From: Truepera sp.
GTDB lineage: Bacteria; Deinococcota; Deinococci; Deinococcales; Trueperaceae
NCBI GenBank assembly: GCA_965218435.1
Contig: CBDCKW010000009.1
Span: 2,560,001-2,624,000, forward strand
Reading direction: 5' to 3'
Length of the DNA stretch: 64,000 bases
The position numbers and the translations under genes were made by a program. Of this stretch, positions 60,495 through 64,000 are shown piece after piece (the stretch's first letter is position 1; each line of letters opens with the position of its first letter). Under the pieces are notes generated by a model that saw only the letters and a program-made list of their open reading frames with translations, was not told the origin of the DNA and did no database searches.

Positions 60495-62426
60495 TTAATT
60501 CAGCGGCTCAAGCCAGATGTTGCGGTAACGTACCCGGTGGCCGTGGTCTTGCAGACGGATCGGCCCGTCACGCGGCCCTTCAGCGTCGCCCAAGGTCGTG
60601 GCGCGCGAGATCGCCGTCCCATTATGAACTTTTACGCCGTTCCAGACAACGGAGACGTAAGCCGGTCCGACCTTGCGGCCACCTGAGTATCGGGGCGCAC
60701 GAAAGGTGATGTCGTAGCTTTGCCAGCTGCCTGCCGGTCGGCTCGCGTTGCGGCTCGCATCTTTGATCCCGTAGATAGCACCCGCGTCATTCTGACCGCT
60801 TAGCGTTCTGCGGTATGAGTCGAGCACCTGCACCTCGTAGCGCCCTTGCAGGTAGATACCCGAGTTACCCCGGTTCTGCTCAGAGGCGCTAGAGGATGAC
60901 TGAGGAACCTGAAACTCGACGTGCAACCGAAAGTCGCCGAAGCTGCGTTTGGTCTCGAGGTCGTTTTGCCCGACGCGGGAACCGGGGTTGACCTCGAGCG
61001 CCCCATCCCGGACGGCCCAACGTGATCCGTCCCGGTTTTTAGGTGTCCACTCGGCTGTGCTGCCGCCACCAAAAAGTGTGATGCGTTTGCCACCACTACT
61101 GCCGCTGCTACCCCCGCTACTACCGCCCCCGCCACCCGACTCAGACACCAGCGGTTTCAGCTCGATGTTGCGGTAGTACACCTCGGCCCCTTCAGCCTGA
61201 AACGCGATGCGCCCCGCTGTCAGCGGCTTCCCGCTGCTACGCAAACGCTCACCCCGGTTGACCACTTCACCGTTGACGATATGAATGGTCTCATCGCCCT
61301 TAACGATGATCTCGCCGGTGTTCCAGGCTGTGAGCGAGTCCCGTTGCCGATTCCGCACAACCCGGACAAACGAACCTGGTCGAGTTGTATAGGATGCTCC
61401 ACCCTCGCGGTACTGCTTCGGGTCAGCTCTAAGTGACGCAACCGTCGTCGTCAGGGTTGTACCGCCGAGCAACCAGAAATCGCCGGTATTACCCTCGAGT
61501 ATCTGGTATTCGACGCTCCGAGGCCACACCCGGTCACGCCCCTGAACGTGATAGACCACGCCGCTATCGCGTTTGGCGTTGGCCCTGGGAGCAAACTTCT
61601 TACGGCCCCAGCGGTACTGAAAACGCAGGTGATAATCGCCGTAGTTGCGGTCTGTCGCTACGTAGCCGAACTCCTGCCGCTGGCCACGGTCGGGAACGTC
61701 TAAGATATGAAGCATCCCGTTTTCGACCTTAAACACACCTTGTGGGTCGTTGTTGCGACCCTTCGAGGGTAAATAGGTGTACCAGCCGTCTAAGTTTTTG
61801 CCGTTAAACAGTGAAATCCAGTCACTGCTGGTAGGTCTAAGCGGCTCGGACAGGGCAGCGCCTACCGGGACAAAGCTCAGGCTGTCGAGCGCCAACACGT
61901 AACCACGGCTCTGAGGGTTTTTACCCGTGACGGTAAACCTGAAATACTTACTCCCCGCCTTGGTAAAAACCACTTCTCCCAAGGTTACGGTCTCAAACGT
62001 TGCTGAAGGCGCGTAGAGGTCGGTCGGTTCGCCGACGTTTGCAAACCCCTCCGGCGCAGCTTCGGCCACAGCCAGCTGAAACATGCCGCGCGACACCCAC
62101 TTTTTCGTGCGCAGCTGAACGCTGTAGCGTCCTGCCGGAACGTCGGCGCGGTAGGTAACGTACGGGCCGGAGGTTCTAGCTCCTAGAAACGCGCACTTAC
62201 CGCCGCTACAACCGGCGTCGTTGGAGACGGCCGTTTTAGCGCCTGAAAGCTCGGCAAGCGGCTGCGTCTCGAGCTCAAAGGTCACCGTCTGCGCCGCCAG
62301 CGTGTCTAAAGACACCCCGTCAGTCGGCGCGGTGATCCTTGCACACCCGCCTAGAAAAAGCGTGGCGTAAGCTAACATTAGGGCGGTAATAACATACCTA
62401 GAACTGTACTTGGAACGGCGAAACAT
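60495..62426 (-). CDS. Lipoprotein: CBM-like domain plus two DUF1080 (3-keto-glycoside hydrolase-like) domains
   Basis: Lipobox LGGC; LFNGKNLDGW, DSGV, EYQI, FQAEG..YRNI; second domain GNSGIYLQGRYEVQVLDS, LQDHG..YRNIW; Gly/Ser linker. Confidence 0.88.
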   Translation of the reverse strand: MFRRSKYSSRYVITALMLAYATLFLGGCARITAPTDGVSLDTLAAQTVTFELETQPLAELSGAKTAVSNDAGCSGGKCAFLGARTSGPYVTYRADVPAGRYSVQLRTKKWVSRGMFQLAVAEAAPEGFANVGEPTDLYAPSATFETVTLGEVVFTKAGSKYFRFTVTGKNPQSRGYVLALDSLSFVPVGAALSEPLRPTSSDWISLFNGKNLDGWYTYLPSKGRNNDPQGVFKVENGMLHILDVPDRGQRQEFGYVATDRNYGDYHLRFQYRWGRKKFAPRANAKRDSGVVYHVQGRDRVWPRSVEYQILEGNTGDFWLLGGTTLTTTVASLRADPKQYREGGASYTTRPGSFVRVVRNRQRDSLTAWNTGEIIVKGDETIHIVNGEVVNRGERLRSSGKPLTAGRIAFQAEGAEVYYRNIELKPLVSESGGGGGSSGGSSGSSGGKRITLFGGGSTAEWTPKNRDGSRWAVRDGALEVNPGSRVGQNDLETKRSFGDFRLHVEFQVPQSSSSASEQNRGNSGIYLQGRYEVQVLDSYRRTLSGQNDAGAIYGIKDASRNASRPAGSWQSYDITFRAPRYSGGRKVGPAYVSVVWNGVKVHNGTAISRATTLGDAEGPRDGPIRLQDHGHRVRYRNIWLEPLN

Positions 62427-62550
62427 GGCCCTTACCTCCGGTTCGCTACGTGAGGCCGACGCTTGTCTGGAGCGTCGGCTCCTAGAGAAGTCAGCGCAGC
62501 TTGAACACCTACGCGTCCGCTTACCCTAAAGGCGGTACCGGCCCGTAACC

Positions 62551-62566
62551 TGTAAAATCTTTTACA
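62551..62566. promoter_or_regulatory. LacI-family-like palindromic operator candidate
   Basis: TGTAAAA-TC-TTTTACA perfect 7-bp arms ~125 bp upstream of the DUF1080 gene; adjacent palindrome GTTTATAAAC at 62571-62580. Confidence 0.55.
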
Positions 62567-62744
62567 TCTGGTTTATAAACATTTAGGTTTTCGTAAAGGA
62601 TATAGCAAGTAGCCTTCGGTTAGCGGCGCTCTGCAGCTGATGTTCGCCAATCAGCACGCATATTTCACAACAACGTTCATGGCGGTTTTTTACGAAAATA
62701 CCAGAGCTGGTGTCGCAGGTTCCAAAAAGCCAGCTGCTGGGACT

Positions 62745-63536
62745 TTACGGGTGCCACCATACCGTAAAATCCGGGTAGTACGCCGATACAACCCTTTGAA
62801 AGAGAAAGTAGTCAACAATCAGGTGAACGAGCAAGACCCACAAGAGAACACGGGAGCGTTCATACATCGCGCCCTGCGTGAGCGCAAAAAGATAAACGAA
62901 CAGCGGACCGACGCCGCGAAAAGCCATCGTCCAGAGCACAGTCGTGTAGATCACAGCTTGCGCCAAATTCGCGGTGCGTGGCCCGAAAAGCTGCCGCAGC
63001 ACCGCGTAACCGGTGTTGATAAAAAACAGCTCATCCCAAATCCCAACCAGGTTGATGCCGATAAAGAGCCTGAAGAGTTCGCCGGTGTCAGGCTCCGGCG
63101 GCAGCGTCCAGTTAAACGGCACCTCGGGGCTAAGCACACCGACATAAAGCGTGAGCGCCCCCCATGCCAGCGGCGCAGCGAGCAGCGTATAGAGAAGCTC
63201 GAGCGGTTCAGCTCGTTTGGGCCAAAAGGCAAGGGTGATGGGGCTCGTCTCACCGCTTAAGAGCAGCGTGGGGACGACCAGCGCGAGGCTAAAAAAGCTG
63301 CCGAGGAGCAAAAACCCGCGCAAGCCCGTATCGGTCGCAATCGGCGCGAACGCGAGCAGCAGTGAAGCTGAGAGCGCCAAGTACCGTTTGCGGCGGTACG
63401 GGGTCTCCCAGAATAGACTGAGCAAAAACACCGCCGTAAGCGGCGCACCCCAGCGCCACGCGTCTAGAGCAAGCCACAAAATAGTCGCGGCGAGCAAACT
63501 GACAAGGGGCGCGAATCGGCGTAAGGCGTCTGCCAT
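62745..63536 (-). CDS. CPBP (CAAX/Abi) family intramembrane glutamic endopeptidase
   Basis: Multi-TM; WDELFF and LLVHLIVD motifs; leaderless TAAGAT-N6-ATG. Confidence 0.75.
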   Translation of the reverse strand: MADALRRFAPLVSLLAATILWLALDAWRWGAPLTAVFLLSLFWETPYRRKRYLALSASLLLAFAPIATDTGLRGFLLLGSFFSLALVVPTLLLSGETSPITLAFWPKRAEPLELLYTLLAAPLAWGALTLYVGVLSPEVPFNWTLPPEPDTGELFRLFIGINLVGIWDELFFINTGYAVLRQLFGPRTANLAQAVIYTTVLWTMAFRGVGPLFVYLFALTQGAMYERSRVLLWVLLVHLIVDYFLFQRVVSAYYPDFTVWWHP

Positions 63537-64000
63537 CGGCTTATCTTAGCGGTTCGTCCGAATGGGCCAATTTATGGTGTCTTTACCGCAAAAGTTGCAC
63601 CGTAAAACTACACACCTCGAGTGCTAGTTGGTTATGAGAAGAAGACTCAAAAAGTTCACCGTTGCGTCATAGACGTCGTTTCCAGCTCGCTCAGAAGGGT
63701 CGAGAAAATAACCACGAGCGGCAAGCAGCCTTGAAGATTCACCAAAAGTATGTGTTCGGGTGGGTCAGCAGTCATGGTTAAAATACCATTTTGCGTTACA
63801 GACGCACTTCCTCGGTTGCAACGGGTCGTTTGTCTACTAGCACTCGAGGTTACACCATAAAAATGGCGTTGTTGCACAAACAGCGAGCAAAAGGTTGTGG
63901 CACTAAGCTTAGTACACGACAAAAAACAATTTTACGAGTCTGGAACGGGCTATTGAGCCCTCTGAAAAGTAGCGTTCATGTCCTCCTAGATTGCTGTCTA

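Noticed and set aside
50132..63784. Shared 13-mer TCATGGTTAAAAT in two intergenic regions
   Set aside because: 13-bp matches are expected by chance in 64 kb, and there is no flanking similarity.
63656..63922. 88-aa ORF near the window end
   Set aside because: No clear start signal or motif; cannot be supported.

Overview
A 64 kb, mostly GC-rich bacterial chromosomal segment, most likely Deinococcota (Truepera/Trueperaceae-like). This is inferred from the L28 sequence, pervasive leaderless TAnnnT-N5/6-start promoters and the gene content. Housekeeping and metabolic genes include prmC, lspA, a large NAD-glutamate dehydrogenase, hemW, rpmB, ftsK, uppS, an amidase, guaD, a Thr/Ser dehydratase, kup, ftsX with an envC-like gene, and two ABC systems. 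A ~21 kb minus-strand surface-glycan cluster (22.7-43.3 kb) carries wzz, ugd, a GT2, a wzy-like gene, two GT4s, gmd/rmd, a WaaL-like ligase, a ligase-like::WbaP fusion, rmlADCB and uppS. Most notable observations: (1) a low-GC Mrr-type nuclease whose N-terminus carries a serine-recombinase 'Recombinase'-domain-like motif; (2) an initiating phosphoglycosyltransferase fused to an apparently degenerate O-antigen-ligase domain, next to an intact ligase paralog; (3) a 195-bp MITE/IS remnant with terminal inverted repeats and a perfect 11-bp target-site duplication; (4) strong over-representation of the palindrome CTCGAG; (5) pervasive 12/15-nt tandem micro-duplications. No rRNA, tRNA or CRISPR array was seen. 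All calls come from motif recognition by eye; no database searches were run.
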